A DNA stretch of 64,000 nt from Bugula neritina (Eukaryota > Animalia > Bryozoa). A program made the translations under genes and the position numbers. The DNA is taken from contig OZ037769.1 of NCBI GenBank assembly GCA_964035545.1, positions 15,716,633-15,780,632 on the forward strand, in the 5' to 3' direction. The stretch's first letter is position 1. The number at the start of each line of letters is the position of its first letter. The notes under the pieces were generated by a model. The model saw only the letters and a program-made list of their open reading frames with translations. It was not told the origin of the DNA and did no database searches. Below, in pieces: positions 27,313 through 40,452 of the stretch.

Positions 27313-28814
27313 TTGTCAGCTTCAATATATTGCAACTTCTAGCAGAGTTATTTGTCATTTTCACTTCAATTTCGAAGACGTAAAACTAAAGGTGCACTTT
27401 GTATACTGGAAGGGTTTAGAAATACCCCTCTATTGCTGGCACCATCTTTTCCGAGCCCAGAGGGAGGAATTTTAATTTGTCTCCAATTATATTGCTGCTC
27501 TTTTAGTTGATTGCCTGTCACAGAATGTCACCAAAGGCATTACCTGCATCTTATGGGAACATTATTTGTACTTGTGGGTTGAATCTGTGCCAATATTTAA
27601 ACAGTTACGTAATAGCATTTTAATTGCTTCTCCTCTAGCCTGAACAGTATACTTGAGAGTGTTGAATTACCCATCGTGAAATGCCAGCCCAAGTAATTTG
27701 GCTCGACAATAGTGGAGTAGATGTTACCTCTCTGCCAGGGCTACATAGTTTAGTTATGTAACAATTTTGCCAACTCTATCAACAATACAAGAAATTAATG
27801 AACCCTGCAATCAGATGTTGGCATATGGTAATTAGTATTATACTGCTGCTCTTAGAGTGGGGAGACTGACATGTGTGCTCTATGATTTCATCAAGCTCAT
27901 GATCTTTACATAAATGTTAATTTAACCATCTGCCGTTAGCATTTAGTTGAGATATCGAAGTTGGCCACGTGCCAGCTTTGTTTGTAGTCTGTTGATTATT
28001 ATAGTTGCTATCTTATCCCAGTAGTGTGATTGTACTATTTACCATTTACTTTTCACTTTGATGCTGCTAGTAGACTTGAAGGAATAATAGATTAATTGAA
28101 ATGCCTGCTGACAATATCTTTTGATTGAAATAGTTTACACCAGGCCATTCAGTTCAAATCTTTTCAAAATCAGTTTCATTCCATAATGGCTGACTGCCAG
28201 ATTTTTCAATTAGCTCAGCTATTTCGTTCACGAGGAAGTGTGTGCTAGTCTACATATGCACATTACATACTTCCTTCAGTCCAGGAACAGATTAGAGTCT
28301 TTAGTGTTGGTTTACACACGCTGCTAGTTGCACTAGTTGTCCCAGATCTTGTTTCTGCAAATTAAACTTCCATTTGTGGTTTGGTGTAAGCAGTAATTGC
28401 ATGTGGTTGGCTGGTATGTAGTCAGTCTACCTTTCACCCAGGTACTTTCACTAATTAATTTGCACCAGTTGGGGTGACAGTTATTCTCTTGGATTAGTGA
28501 TTGAGTTACTCTGTTAGTACCTTCTGTCTCCAGGCCTGAGTAACTCCCACTGAGTAATGGATTCGAATATTTTGGATTATATTCGAGGGGGTTTTTGGCT
28601 ACAGTTTTGGCACAACGCCAGCACTTTGTTTTGACTAGGCTTTATCTGCTAACATGTGTATCTCACCCATTCACTATGACAACCAAATAGCTCTGTCTTC
28701 TTGGAAGTTTGATGAAAGCAAGATATGCCCCTTGATGTTCTTCCTATACTTTTTCAGTGAATTTCGTCTGAAAAAAAGCTTGGTGTTTTTTTGTAATAAG
28801 TATTTTAAACCAAT

Positions 28815-29045
28815 AAAATGTAAAGTAAAGTAATATGTAATGTAAAGCAATATGTAATGTAAAGTAATATGTAATGTAAAGCAATATGTAATGTAATGCT
28901 TTGTAAAGTAAAGCAATGCATCGTAATGTAAGGTAATGTAATGCTTTGTAAAGTAAAGCAATGCATCGTAATGTAATGTAATGTAATGTAAAGCATCGTA
29001 ATGTAATGTAAAGCAATGCATTGCAATGTAATGTAACATAAAGCA
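28815..29045 (+). repeat. (GTAAT/GTAAA/GCAAT)n pentamer-based satellite
   Basis: Read directly from sequence. Confidence 0.9.
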
Positions 29046-29213
29046 ATATAATATACAGTAATAGTGAACATCTGCCTACTTATTCAAAGTTTTTACTCCA
29101 CTGTGTTTTAGTTATCTGTTTACTGTGTAGAGAGATTACCATCAGGGTATTGTGTGCTGCTTCAGTAAGCTTCAGATTAGATCAGGGACTTATGCATCAT
29201 GTAATTTTACCTC

Positions 29214-29347
29214 AGTGACAGACCTGAACAAGTGCCTGCCCCACTACTCAGGTCTCTACCCTAGTGAGTGACAGACCTGAACAAGTGCCTGCCCCACTAC
29301 TCAGGTCTCTACCCTAGTGAGTGACACACATGATCAAGTGCCTGCCA
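29214..29347 (+). repeat. 53-bp tandem repeat, 2.5 copies
   Basis: AGTGACAGACCTGAACAAGTGCCTGCCCCACTACTCAGGTCTCTACCCTAGTG starts at 29214 and 29267, with a partial copy at 29320. Confidence 0.9.
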
Positions 29348-30482
29348 TGTGACCACTTGATAGTCACATGGCAATTCACATGCTAGTCTGGACTTTGTCT
29401 CCACTTCTCCTACCAGATGCTTCCTGTCAACCAGCTGGTTGCGTTGAGCAATGGACCTGTCAGTTAATCTCTCCTTGATGAGTAATTACTGTCCACCTTT
29501 CCAATCTACTCTCAGTGTCTAATGTGCAGAAAAAGTCAACAAAATAACAATCTGGGTAAAGTTCGTAATCATCTAACTGGTTATCATCTTTCTTATCTTC
29601 TCCTCATCAACAACTCTCCCTGGCTTTTGACTTTTGGTCTTCACTCAACAGGCAAGGTCCTGTTTGTGTTTTGATTTTGAATTTTGTTGCAACACTTTTC
29701 CTGTAATTTGATTTCCAACTGCTATTCTACTTCTTGTAGGTGCAAGTTTCTTTCCTTGTCTATTTTTACATTCTCTTGGCTGTGAAGTGTGAGTTATTTA
29801 TATCAACAGTTAGACCATTTCCCAGTAGGACACTTGTATAACATCTCAAGGGAATGAGTGTACATCCTTGTTCAACAATCCATAGCACGAGTGGGTGATA
29901 GCCAAGGGGGGTAACGTCTAGAATGTCAAGGTTATTGCTAGAATTATGAGTACTTGTCCTACATTCATATTGTTATCTGGAACACTTCTTGATGAGAGTT
30001 CAAGAATTAGCTCTATCCGGGTGTTGCAACTTGGTACGTAGAATTAAATAGAACTTCTTTCGGCTTAAAAGCAAATAATAAATTAATAAATGAAAATTTA
30101 TAGTTATCACTTTGCAATTATTGTTTCCTTATGGTCTAACTGGCCTGGCGTGCAACTCCGTGTGTGTTAACACCCACGTAGCAAGATAGCAGTAGTGTTT
30201 TATTGCATGTAGTGCTGTCCTTGTCTTGGTGTGAAAAGAAATGGATAGCATCAAGTCCCAGGTGACTCAACTTCACCTGCAGCTAGAGTAATTGTTAGTT
30301 TCATGTGCAGTTTTCTACATTCCAGTGCATGTAATAATATTCACTAAGTGTAGTAATAAACTCAGCTGTGAACACCAACTGGTTAGAAATCTAGTTGTTG
30401 TCAGCCAGCCATGGTGACTCATCCCTGCAGGAGACAGTGTTTTTAGTATACTTGGTCTTCTGTGGACCTCTAGTTTCCTAGT

Positions 30483-30563
30483 AGCCCACGTGGTGTAATG
30501 GTTAGGAGCTGTGCGTGTAAACCAGAGGTGTGTGGATCAATACCAAGTGGGAGAAATTATTTT
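30483..30563 (+). mobile_element. tRNA-derived SINE head (degenerate)
   Basis: A box TGGTGTAATGG and degenerate B box GGATCAATACC. Similar to the copy at 51062, including the shared downstream AATTATTTT. Confidence 0.65.
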
Positions 30564-33096
30564 CCTCAATTTAAGTTTCATTTTTTTGGCTAAAATTTAG
30601 TGAGTGATAAATGTGCAAAGAGTAAACCTGCACTCAAACCCTATTTGCACTTTAATTAATATCTGGAGACTTGCTCCTGGCACAGCGGAATGTATTGAAT
30701 AATTTCTATAACTACAAGAAATTCCTGTCTACTATAAATCAGGTTTTTTGCCTGGCTATGCCTGGTGAAAAGAATTAGTTTGAGTCAGTTATCTACAAGT
30801 TCCCACTGTTTGCTATGACATTCATCATTCCACACATCTCTTTCTAAGTATCTTGACTTGTTTTAAGTTTCTGAATTCCTTTTTACTGTCTGGCTGTCTG
30901 TAATTAGTCTAATAATCAGGCCATACCTTCTCCACTTCCAGTTGTAGTATTTACAGTATGTAAAAGTCATCAGGCAGCTGACTTCTGTATGACTCTGGGG
31001 GAGCAGTTCCTTGTCTAAATATAGCATGGTGTTGAGGTGATGACCAGTGGAGTGACCAGCTGAGTGTACACACCAACACTGCATGTGGCTGGTAACTAGG
31101 CTGGTAAACCCTACTTGCACTGTCATCCCATGCTATCACCTGCTATCACCTGCCATCACCTGCTATCACCTGCCACTGGCAAGGCACTGACCATCCCCAT
31201 TTCAGTATATTCTACAATGTGTGTCCTTATTATCTTTCTCCTTCCCAGTGCTGGAGGGAATATTTGTAGAAATGTAGTTTACTTGGTGGAACGCAGGCAT
31301 AGCTCACTAGGCTATCTCACTTGATGTCTCTTTGTATTTCCAGTAGCCAGATGGAATTGCTAACATCAAATAACTGACTAGTTTTAAAACATATTTAGGC
31401 CTACTATAAATTTCAAGGAGCTAGTAATAGGAAAAACTATGCAAACTGTAGGTAACTTTTTTACCCCCTAAAAGTAACTTTTTTATCCCCTAAAAGTGAG
31501 ATTGCAGAAGCTCTTGCTAAGTTTAAGAGGAAACTTTCAGCCAGCAAATTGGGCAGTTTCTAGCTCTTCCTAATCATATTTTGCTGCCTCAAGTAGAGGG
31601 TTTTGTAAGGCTGATTTTGGGCTGCATGCAGTGTACATATAGACGCTGTCTCACATGTGTGAATATTGATTTCCCAGTCTGCTAGAATGCCCTTGTAACC
31701 TGAGGGAGTTGAAATTAGCTGTTAGCAAGCTCAAGTCTAGACTCTTGACAGACATAAATAGATTGTTCTATAAATATATTGTACTCTGCAGCCCCTCCGC
31801 AGCAAAGTTGGACCTATTCCCACTGTCTGTCTGTACTCTCGTTATTTTGAGCTTCTCAAATCTAAAACTGTGTCAGCTGGCATTGTGGCGCTTGCACGCT
31901 TTTTACACGCCTTTTTAGTACTTTTATTCGTGAAATATTGTAATTTTAAGAATGCAAATTCAGAACATATTTGTCTAAATTTAGTCATTTGAGGGAGTGA
32001 TTTGATGAACTTCTGGCCAGGTGGTACACAGTAGGGAGATAACCCCCTCTTGTACACCAACTGTGCATTGTGTGTGGTCTGTATTGGCATTAGCAAGTTT
32101 ATAAGAGTATGCTACATGGGGCAGTGATGGCAGGGCAATAAGATGCTAAAACTTGGTTTAAAGTTTAGTCTGAATAAGAGATTTTTTGTATTCAAATCTC
32201 TAAACCAATGATGAGAAATATAAGGATGTGTGGTGGTAGCATATGCACCAGTGCTGGATGTTTCCAACTCCATGTGAAGGAATGGAACTTAATGTCAGAC
32301 CACTTTACAACCACCTGCAGTGCGTGCCACATCTGCTATGTAATTATGCTATAATAACTGAAATATCAAATATGTTATGTAGCTATGAAGGCAAACAGCC
32401 TAGTCATGCTTTGTCATAGTCACTCTGTGTTACACTTTTTGCTTCCCAAATTTCATACTTTGTTCTCTTCATCTTGGAGAAATTCAATAACCTCGAAAAT
32501 TAGTGAAACATCATTAGGATGATTTGGGATTAGGTTGATTGTGAGTTGTCACCAGATGTCCTGGTGGTCTGACCATGTCATGTGGCAGCAGTTGGCAGCA
32601 AGTGCACAGCAACTATCAGTCCTGCTCATTCGTTGGAGGCGTGCTCAGTTATATATTTATGTTTATTTGTTTATATTAATTGTAAGTTGATTAGGGTGCA
32701 AGTACTTTGACTGTATTCACACCAGTGTGTTGGGAAAGTCAACTCTGCTTGCAACACAATGCTGTACGCTTCACCAATATTTAGATTGTGGACAACATCA
32801 ACACAAACACTACCCTTGGCATTACGTAACTCCTGCACAGTGCTCCATTACGTAACCACCACCACCAGCTGTCTCCATGCATTACATCTATTTCTGTCTC
32901 AGCTTCACTCTTATTTTCTAATTATAATTCAAACTCTACTCTGTGTGCACCTTTGATGATTTCGCAAGTGATGCCGAGGACAGGAGTACTTGTGCTGTCG
33001 GCACAGCTGCTTCGTACAAAACTCTCCGGCTCATAGAAGAGCATAGCTTAAGCCCCCGGGTATAGATATTTATACCCAGTTTTCTGCGTGTTTGGA

Positions 33097-33317
33097 AGGG
33101 AGCAGCCGTGGTCTAGGGGTTAGAGCATTTGCTTTGTAAACATGAAGTCATGGGTTCAAACCCCAGTAAAGGCCATTGGTGATGTTAGGAAGAGCATCCA
33201 GTCATAATTGCTCCTGTGCCTCATTTGAACAAGTCCTTAGCCCGTTCTAACAAAAACCCTTTCCATCAAGGGTTTCTCACAGGGATAGTGACTATAAACT
33301 TGCGTGAGTTTTCTGTG
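33097..33317 (+). mobile_element. tRNA-derived SINE with V-domain-like body and 19-bp TSD
   Basis: A box TGGTCTAGGGG and B box GGTTCAAACC. Body TGGTGATGTTAGGAAGAGCATCCAG resembles the V-SINE core AGGAAGGGCATCC. TSD AGTTTTCTGCGTGTT(T/G)GGA at 33078-33096 and 33318-33336. Confidence 0.8.
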
Positions 33318-34800
33318 AGTTTTCTGCGTGTTGGGATTGTAACAAAGTTGTCTACAACCTCGGCATCTGCTAAACTTGTTACAATCACTGAGCTATCTTT
33401 CTATATTGATGGAGACCTCTAGTTGGACAGCTTTCTGTCAAATGCTTCCTATTATACCAAATCTTCTCTCAAATCTCACTCACGCACCTCTCTCACATCT
33501 CACTCACGCACCTCTCTCACATCTCATGCTTGCTAGTCAACTCTGTATTAATATATGTTAATAAATCATTACATCCATAATTATTGCTGAAAGAATGTAA
33601 TTCAAGGAAATGAGTAGGAATTTCAGCCTCGGCATTTCTCCTGAAATGATTGAAGGGTGGAATCGTTATTAATAGAAACTTCCTCTACACAGTACGCCTG
33701 TATCAGTCTGTGTCTCCCTCCCCCCCCCCCCTCTCTACATTTCTATATATCTAATTACTCATTGCCTTTTGAAATGGAAGTTGTCTCCCCGATATGCATC
33801 TAGTCACGGGTGTGTGAGTGAATTGTTGCGTAAGCATTACTACTGTGTGAATTAGACAGCAGCTTTTAGCTCCTAATTGATTTCTTACTGAATTAAAGTA
33901 TTTATAGCGGACGCCTGCAGTGGCTTTAGTGATGATTCATCGTCACACAATGTTATTGTACACCACATAGTTGGTGTGGGTAGTCACTGCCTTGTACAGC
34001 TAACTTATATAACTAATCCTCACATGTCTGCACTGGGGCTGTAATGGCATCAACTACTTTCTACTGGGTTTGGTTATTTCTTGTTATAACATCTTTTCAA
34101 AAACAACTCTGCTGGTAAAAGTGGCAGCATTTTACAAATTTTAATTGAAACCACACTTTACTTGCCATCAAGAGTTTACCATCTCGCCAATCAACTTACA
34201 GTTACTTTCAATCCACAAAGTTTTTACAAGTTTTGTCAATTTGAGGGAGAAATCGACAGCTAAAAGCCTTGAATTGAAACAACTTCGCACACTCTGAACC
34301 AGATTTAAATTATTTAGTGTTGAACTTGTTGACTGTAGACAAGGCAGCGTCAGGGGAGCTGACTATGATTCATGTTGACCTAGTCTGAGGCAGCTGCACA
34401 CAGCAGTTCTGAGATACTACGAAAGTGATTCACTGGCTGTCTAACTGATGGACTGGCAAGAGTGTGCAGGTGTTACAAAGTATTTCATAATGTCAACAAT
34501 TCTACACATCTACTGCATAAACTATAGCAAGTGTAAATGTCATAACCTACAGGACTCTGTATGCCTGTTTACATGGTGCTGCCTGTAATCCGTGGTACAT
34601 GCTGCCAGGGAATAATGTGAAGTATGTCTAGTTTCAGCCAACACTAAGTGCCACTACTAGTACATTCCTGTATAGCAGTATTCTAACATGTGTTTAATTG
34701 GGGCAAGTACGTTGTCAGCATTCCATTGTAGTGACTGCTAGCAGCAGCTGCTGTCTTACTAGCTGCCAGTTCTCACCTCTGCTACTATAGCTATGGTTCT

Positions 34801-34891
34801 TTCTCTATCCACCACTGTGTCTACTTCTCTATCCACCACTGTGTCTACTTCTCTATCCACCACTGTGGTTACTGCTTTATCCACCACTGTA
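34801..34891 (+). repeat. 24-bp tandem repeat (TTCTCTATCCACCACTGTGTCTAC), ~3.5 copies
   Basis: Read directly from sequence. Confidence 0.85.
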
Positions 34892-35059
34892 GTCACTAAG
34901 AAGCTATAAGTTGATGGGATTAGGGAAGGTTTGAGTCATCAGATTCTGTAGTAGAGCTCATAGTAACCATAGACACAGCTGATGCTGACCTCCACTCATC
35001 TTGTTTTTGTTCTGACTCAACTGCTGTGGTTACTAGACTCTTGTATCAACTATTTCTAA

Positions 35060-35108
35060 TATACTATCCTACTACTAGTACTAGTACTATTACTACTACT
35101 ACTACTAT

Positions 35109-35140
<32 letters not shown>

Positions 35141-35390
35141 GTACTACTGCTACTACTACTATCAGTAATACTACTATTACTACTACTACTATTACTACTA
35201 CTACTACTAATACTGCTACTACTACTACTACTACTACTACTGCTGCTGCTGCTACTGCTACTACTACTGCTACTACTACTACTACTATTACTACTACTAC
35301 TACTAATACTGCTACTACTACTACTACTACTACTACTGCTGCTGCTGCTACTGCTACTACTACTGCTACTACTACTACTACTACTGCTAT
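35060..35390 (+). repeat. (ACT/GCT)n trinucleotide microsatellite
   Basis: Read directly. Explains the poly-T and poly-S ORFs. Confidence 0.95.
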
Positions 35391-37416
35391 TGCTCATTTC
35401 TCTTCTATATGTGGATTCTAATATTGGTAGAGAATTAGAAAAGCTCCAACATCTGCACCTACGTCTATTCCCTCTGGTGCTATGCCTAGTAACACATGTA
35501 TAGTTAGTTACATGGATAATATATTCATAATGTGTTGAATTTAATATTAAATTATTAATTGTTGACTGGAGACAGATGGTACCCACCCACCACTGGAATG
35601 ACTGGCTCCAGTCCTCAATCTTGTGTTGGTTTATATTTTTAGAGGTTGCCATGGATATGCCGATGCGTTACAGTCTCTCTCTCTCCTTATGCTCTGCACT
35701 GGTGGATTAGAAGGTAAGCTTGGATGATGACGTTAGCTTCGTGGCACCAGCCCAACATTCCAACAGATATTCAGTTTAATAGGGAATTAATTAGTAATTT
35801 GGTGACTAGTTTAGGGTTGGAACATTCAGTGGCTTACTGGATTAAGGCTGTAAGGTGGCCTACTAATGGTGCTAACAGTTTTCTTTATTAGTTTTTACTA
35901 AAAACATGTCTTTTGGGGTAAAGATACCAGTCATTGACTCCTGTTGTTGAAAACATTTCAGAGTTGAAAAGCTGATAGTTTTTCTTTTTTTACCGACTTG
36001 ACATACTGTTACCAGTGGGGGAGGCTGTATTGGTGGTACCAGTTGAGGGGGCATATCTCCGTCTGCGTCCCATCTTCTGCCACCGTCTTCTCCCAGTATA
36101 GATACGTACCAGCAGAGATGTGAAGTGCCCCATTCACTCACTGCTCATACTAACCCAATTCAGCAACCCACATATTTACCTCGCTCTGACAGTGTTCTAA
36201 CACGGGGTGTTGGGGGTGTGTTGAGGGGTGTAGCTCAGTGTAAGGGGGTGTGTAGAGGAGTGTAGCCAGTATAATGGGGTGTATAGAGGGGTGTAGCTCA
36301 ATATAAGGGGGTATATAGAGGGGTGTGGCGTAGTTTACGAGATTAATCGCCATTACTGAGGTATTTTATGTCACCAGAAATTAAGGAAATGGTTGAATGT
36401 TTGATCAGATAGAAAGTGGTAGTAGACCCTGTGTGTGGTGTTCAGTGGCGGAGAGGTTCTTGCTCCAAGCAATGATGTGCAAAGTGAATGCCTGTGAACA
36501 TAGTAGAATAGACTGGTGCAAGGTTAATAACATATAGCATAATCAACTTGTTGTCTTGTTTAGCAAACATTGACAACTCTTTACAATGCTTTCTCTACCT
36601 GCCCCAAGGGTTACTGGGCTAGCCAACTCTGCATTACACAATATTGATATAATATACAAGTAATGTGAAGTTAGCACCTCACTGTGTCCTACATCGTGGT
36701 ATGGCTGGCTTGTATAACAGCACGTTGTGGAATGCAGGCAGAGGTGATCTTCTAGATCACTGCCTGAGCACATGCGCCCACCTGTCAGCCTGTACTAAAA
36801 TAAAGTGCAGTCTATATTTAGCGCTGCCGCTTTTCAGTCAACGCCTTTCAGTAAGGTTATAAACAGTTAATAATTCTTTGCACTAACAATCACTGCCACA
36901 TATTCGTAAGCAGTTCTTTTGTTGATCTAACTGTAGTATTCAATTGGGCATGTGATCAGCCACAATATTGATTTCCTGTGATGGAGAGCTGCTCCTCTAT
37001 GATGTTAGCTAATGAAATCTCATGCTGAATCACAGGATGTTTGTATGTGCCTTTCCAGTGCAAATTCTAACTCAGACTAGCCTAAACTATTTTAGTGCAT
37101 AATAATCCTTAACAGAGTAAACAAGTAATTGTTAATCTATATTTCTCTTGCCCAAGTTTCTAGACTCTCATCTCTCTCACACACGTGGCTGTGGAAGTCG
37201 AGGGTAATGCAATTACCGCTATCAGAATGGAAGGGCTGATTGGTTTCCAACGCATTGTACTATTTTTAGATTAAGTGGAAAAAATTCATCAACCTATTAA
37301 TTTAGTCATAAAAAATTATATTTTTTCAATTTGATGTCTGATGTAAGTTATGCAGCTACTGGTAGTGGAAGTTGAGGCTATTTTAATGAATGTGCATTGT
37401 CCCATTTGCTGGTCTA

Positions 37417-39090
37417 CTATCTCTTCTATACTATCTCTATACTGCTCTACTCTACGCTATACTATCTCTATACTATACTATCTCTACTATACTATCTCTA
37501 TACTATACTATCTCTATACTATACTATCTCTATACTATACTATCTCTATACTATAATATCTCTATACTATACTATACTATCTCTATACTATACTATACTA
37601 TCTCTATACTATCTCTATACTATACTATCTCTATACTATATCTATACCATCTCTATACTATACTATATCTATACTATACTATCTCTATACTATACTATCT
37701 CTATACTATACTATCTCTATACTATACTATACTATCTCTATACTATCTCTATACTATATACTACACTATCTCTATACTATACTATCTCTATACTATACTA
37801 TCTCTATACTATACTATCTCTATACTACACTATCTCTATACTATACTATCTCTATACTATACTATCTCTATACTATACTATCTCTATACTATAATATCTC
37901 TATACTACACTATCTCTATACTATACTATCTCTATACTATACTATCTCTATACTATACTATCTCTATACTATACTATCTCTATACTATACTATTTCTATA
38001 CTATACCATCTCTATACCATCTCTATACTATCTCTATACCATCTCTATACTATCTCTATACTGCTCTATACTATACTATCTCTATACTATACTATACTAT
38101 ACTATAATATCTCTATACTATACTATCTCTATACTATACTATCTCTATACTATACTATCTCTATACTATACTATCTCTATACTATACTATCTCTATACTT
38201 TACTATCTCTATACTATACTATCTCTATACTATACTATCTCTATACTATACTATCTCTATACTATACTATCTATATACTATACTATACTATCTCTATACT
38301 ATACTATACTATCTCTATACTATCTCTATACTATACTATCTCTATACTATATCTATACCATCTCTATACTATACTATATCTATACTATACTATCTCTATA
38401 CTATACTATCTCTATACTATACTATCTCTATACTATACTATACTATCTCTATACTATACTATCTCTATACTATACTATCTCTATACTATACTATCTCTAT
38501 ACTATACTATCTCTATACTATACTATCTCTATACTATACTATCTCTATACTATACTATCTCTATACTATACTATCTCTATACTATACTATCTCTATACTA
38601 TACTATCTCTATACTATACTATCTCTATACTATACTATCTCTATACTATACTATCTATATACTATCTCTATACTATACTATACTATCTCTATACTATCTC
38701 TATACTATACTATCTCTATACTATATCTATACCATCTCTATACTATACTATATCTATACTATACTATCTCTATACTATACTATCTCTATACTATACTATC
38801 TCTATACTATACTATACTATCTCTATACTATACTATCTCTATACTATACTATCTCTATACTATACTATCTCTATACTATACTATCTCTATACTATACTAT
38901 CTCTATACTATACTATCTCTATACTATACTATCTCTATACTATACTATCTCTATACTATACTATCTCTATACTATACTATCTCTATACTATACTATCTCT
39001 ATACTATACTATGCTATGATATACTATACTATGATATACTATACTATCTCTATACTATACTAGATCTATGCTGTTTCTATACTATACTAT
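37417..39090 (+). repeat. ~1.65-kb 16-bp satellite (CTATACTATACTATCT)n
   Basis: About 100 copies. The 557-aa YYTISIL ORF is a by-product. Confidence 0.95.
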
Positions 39091-40211
39091 ATCTGTTGTT
39101 ATATTCATGTTTTGGAAATTCCTTTTTGCAGAAGATTGAAGGAAGGTTTTCTCTCTCCAAGTTGGAATTCTAGAAAATAAAACTCCGTAAGGGATTCCTG
39201 AGAGTGGACAGCAGATGATGTTTTCCTCTTCCAGGCACCCCAAGGCACGTATTGATTGTAAACACAAATGGGTTTTCCCAATGATGCACCTTTACTCCTG
39301 CATTTCCCAGCTTCTGTTTTGTAATTTGATATGTTGGGATTTTTATTTCTCATATATCTGTGCCACAGATTGCTAATGCATGTATTAAAACTTGGTGGAG
39401 TAATCTCCACCTACCAAGAATTCTTCCAGCTTTTCATGGACACATCTAGTGTGTAATACCTTATCTTACATCTCTACTCAAGCAAACATGTTACATCACA
39501 ACCATATTAACTTACACTAACTTAATCACTAGCAGTCACTCCTTCATTGGTTAAATTATGATGCTACTCACTAGTCAAGCATGTCTAATTTATATCGCTG
39601 TTTTGATTGCATTCCTTTGCATTTCAATGAAACCAGTGGGCTCTTCACATAATTTCATGTAGTTACTGAAGACCCTGGTTATGCTGTCTTGTGTGAAAGT
39701 AGGAACTGTTTTTGGTTGGCTTCTTATGTGTTAAGGCTCAGGGAAATGTTGTTCACCGACTGTTAAATTCAATCAAAGTAAAGCTAAGCCCTGGTGATAG
39801 TCATTGCATTAGGTAGGTGTTGTGTCTAAACACACTGATGGAGCTGGTGATGGTAGAACCTGGTAACTAATGAGATTATGTTGGGTGTGACAGCAGCTGA
39901 CAAGTGCTTGTCAGTTGTTGGATGTACAGATGTCAAGGCCGGGTTACTATGTGTAGGAGCTACCTGTGGTGTCTGTCATTTCGTCTATTGGTCTGAATGG
40001 TGCATAGCTTCCTATTCCAAGTACCTTGCGGGCTAGTCATGTGCTTTACTCAGTCATGTGGCTGTGGGCTTGTCATCTCCACTCCAGTTCTTGTGCTAGA
40101 ATATCTACCTCTTCAGTTTATCTGGTCACAAGTATGCTGTCTGCACTAATCTAGTATCACTATATATAATGTATAATATCACTAATATTCTAGTAGTATT
40201 CCAATATGAGT

Positions 40212-40242
<31 letters not shown>

Positions 40243-40258
40243 GCTACTATTACTACTG

Positions 40259-40291
<33 letters not shown>

Positions 40292-40360
40292 TTACTACTG
40301 CTACTACTGCTACTATTACTACTACTGCTACTTCTACTACTACTACTACTACTTCTACTG

Positions 40361-40406
<46 letters not shown>

Positions 40407-40452
40407 TATTACTACTACTACTACTTCTACTGCTACTACTGCTGCTACTACT
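40212..40452 (+). repeat. (CTA)n microsatellite
   Basis: Read directly from sequence. Confidence 0.95.

Noticed and set aside
30960-31010. Minus-strand AGCTGCCTGATGA resembles miR-745 and contains CTGATGA
   Set aside because: The seed would fall in the hairpin loop, and no stem II/GAAA follows, so it is neither a miRNA nor a hammerhead.
37390-39063. 557-aa ORF (YYTISIL repeats)
   Set aside because: It is a translation of a 16-bp satellite that happens to lack stops on this strand, and has no other gene features.
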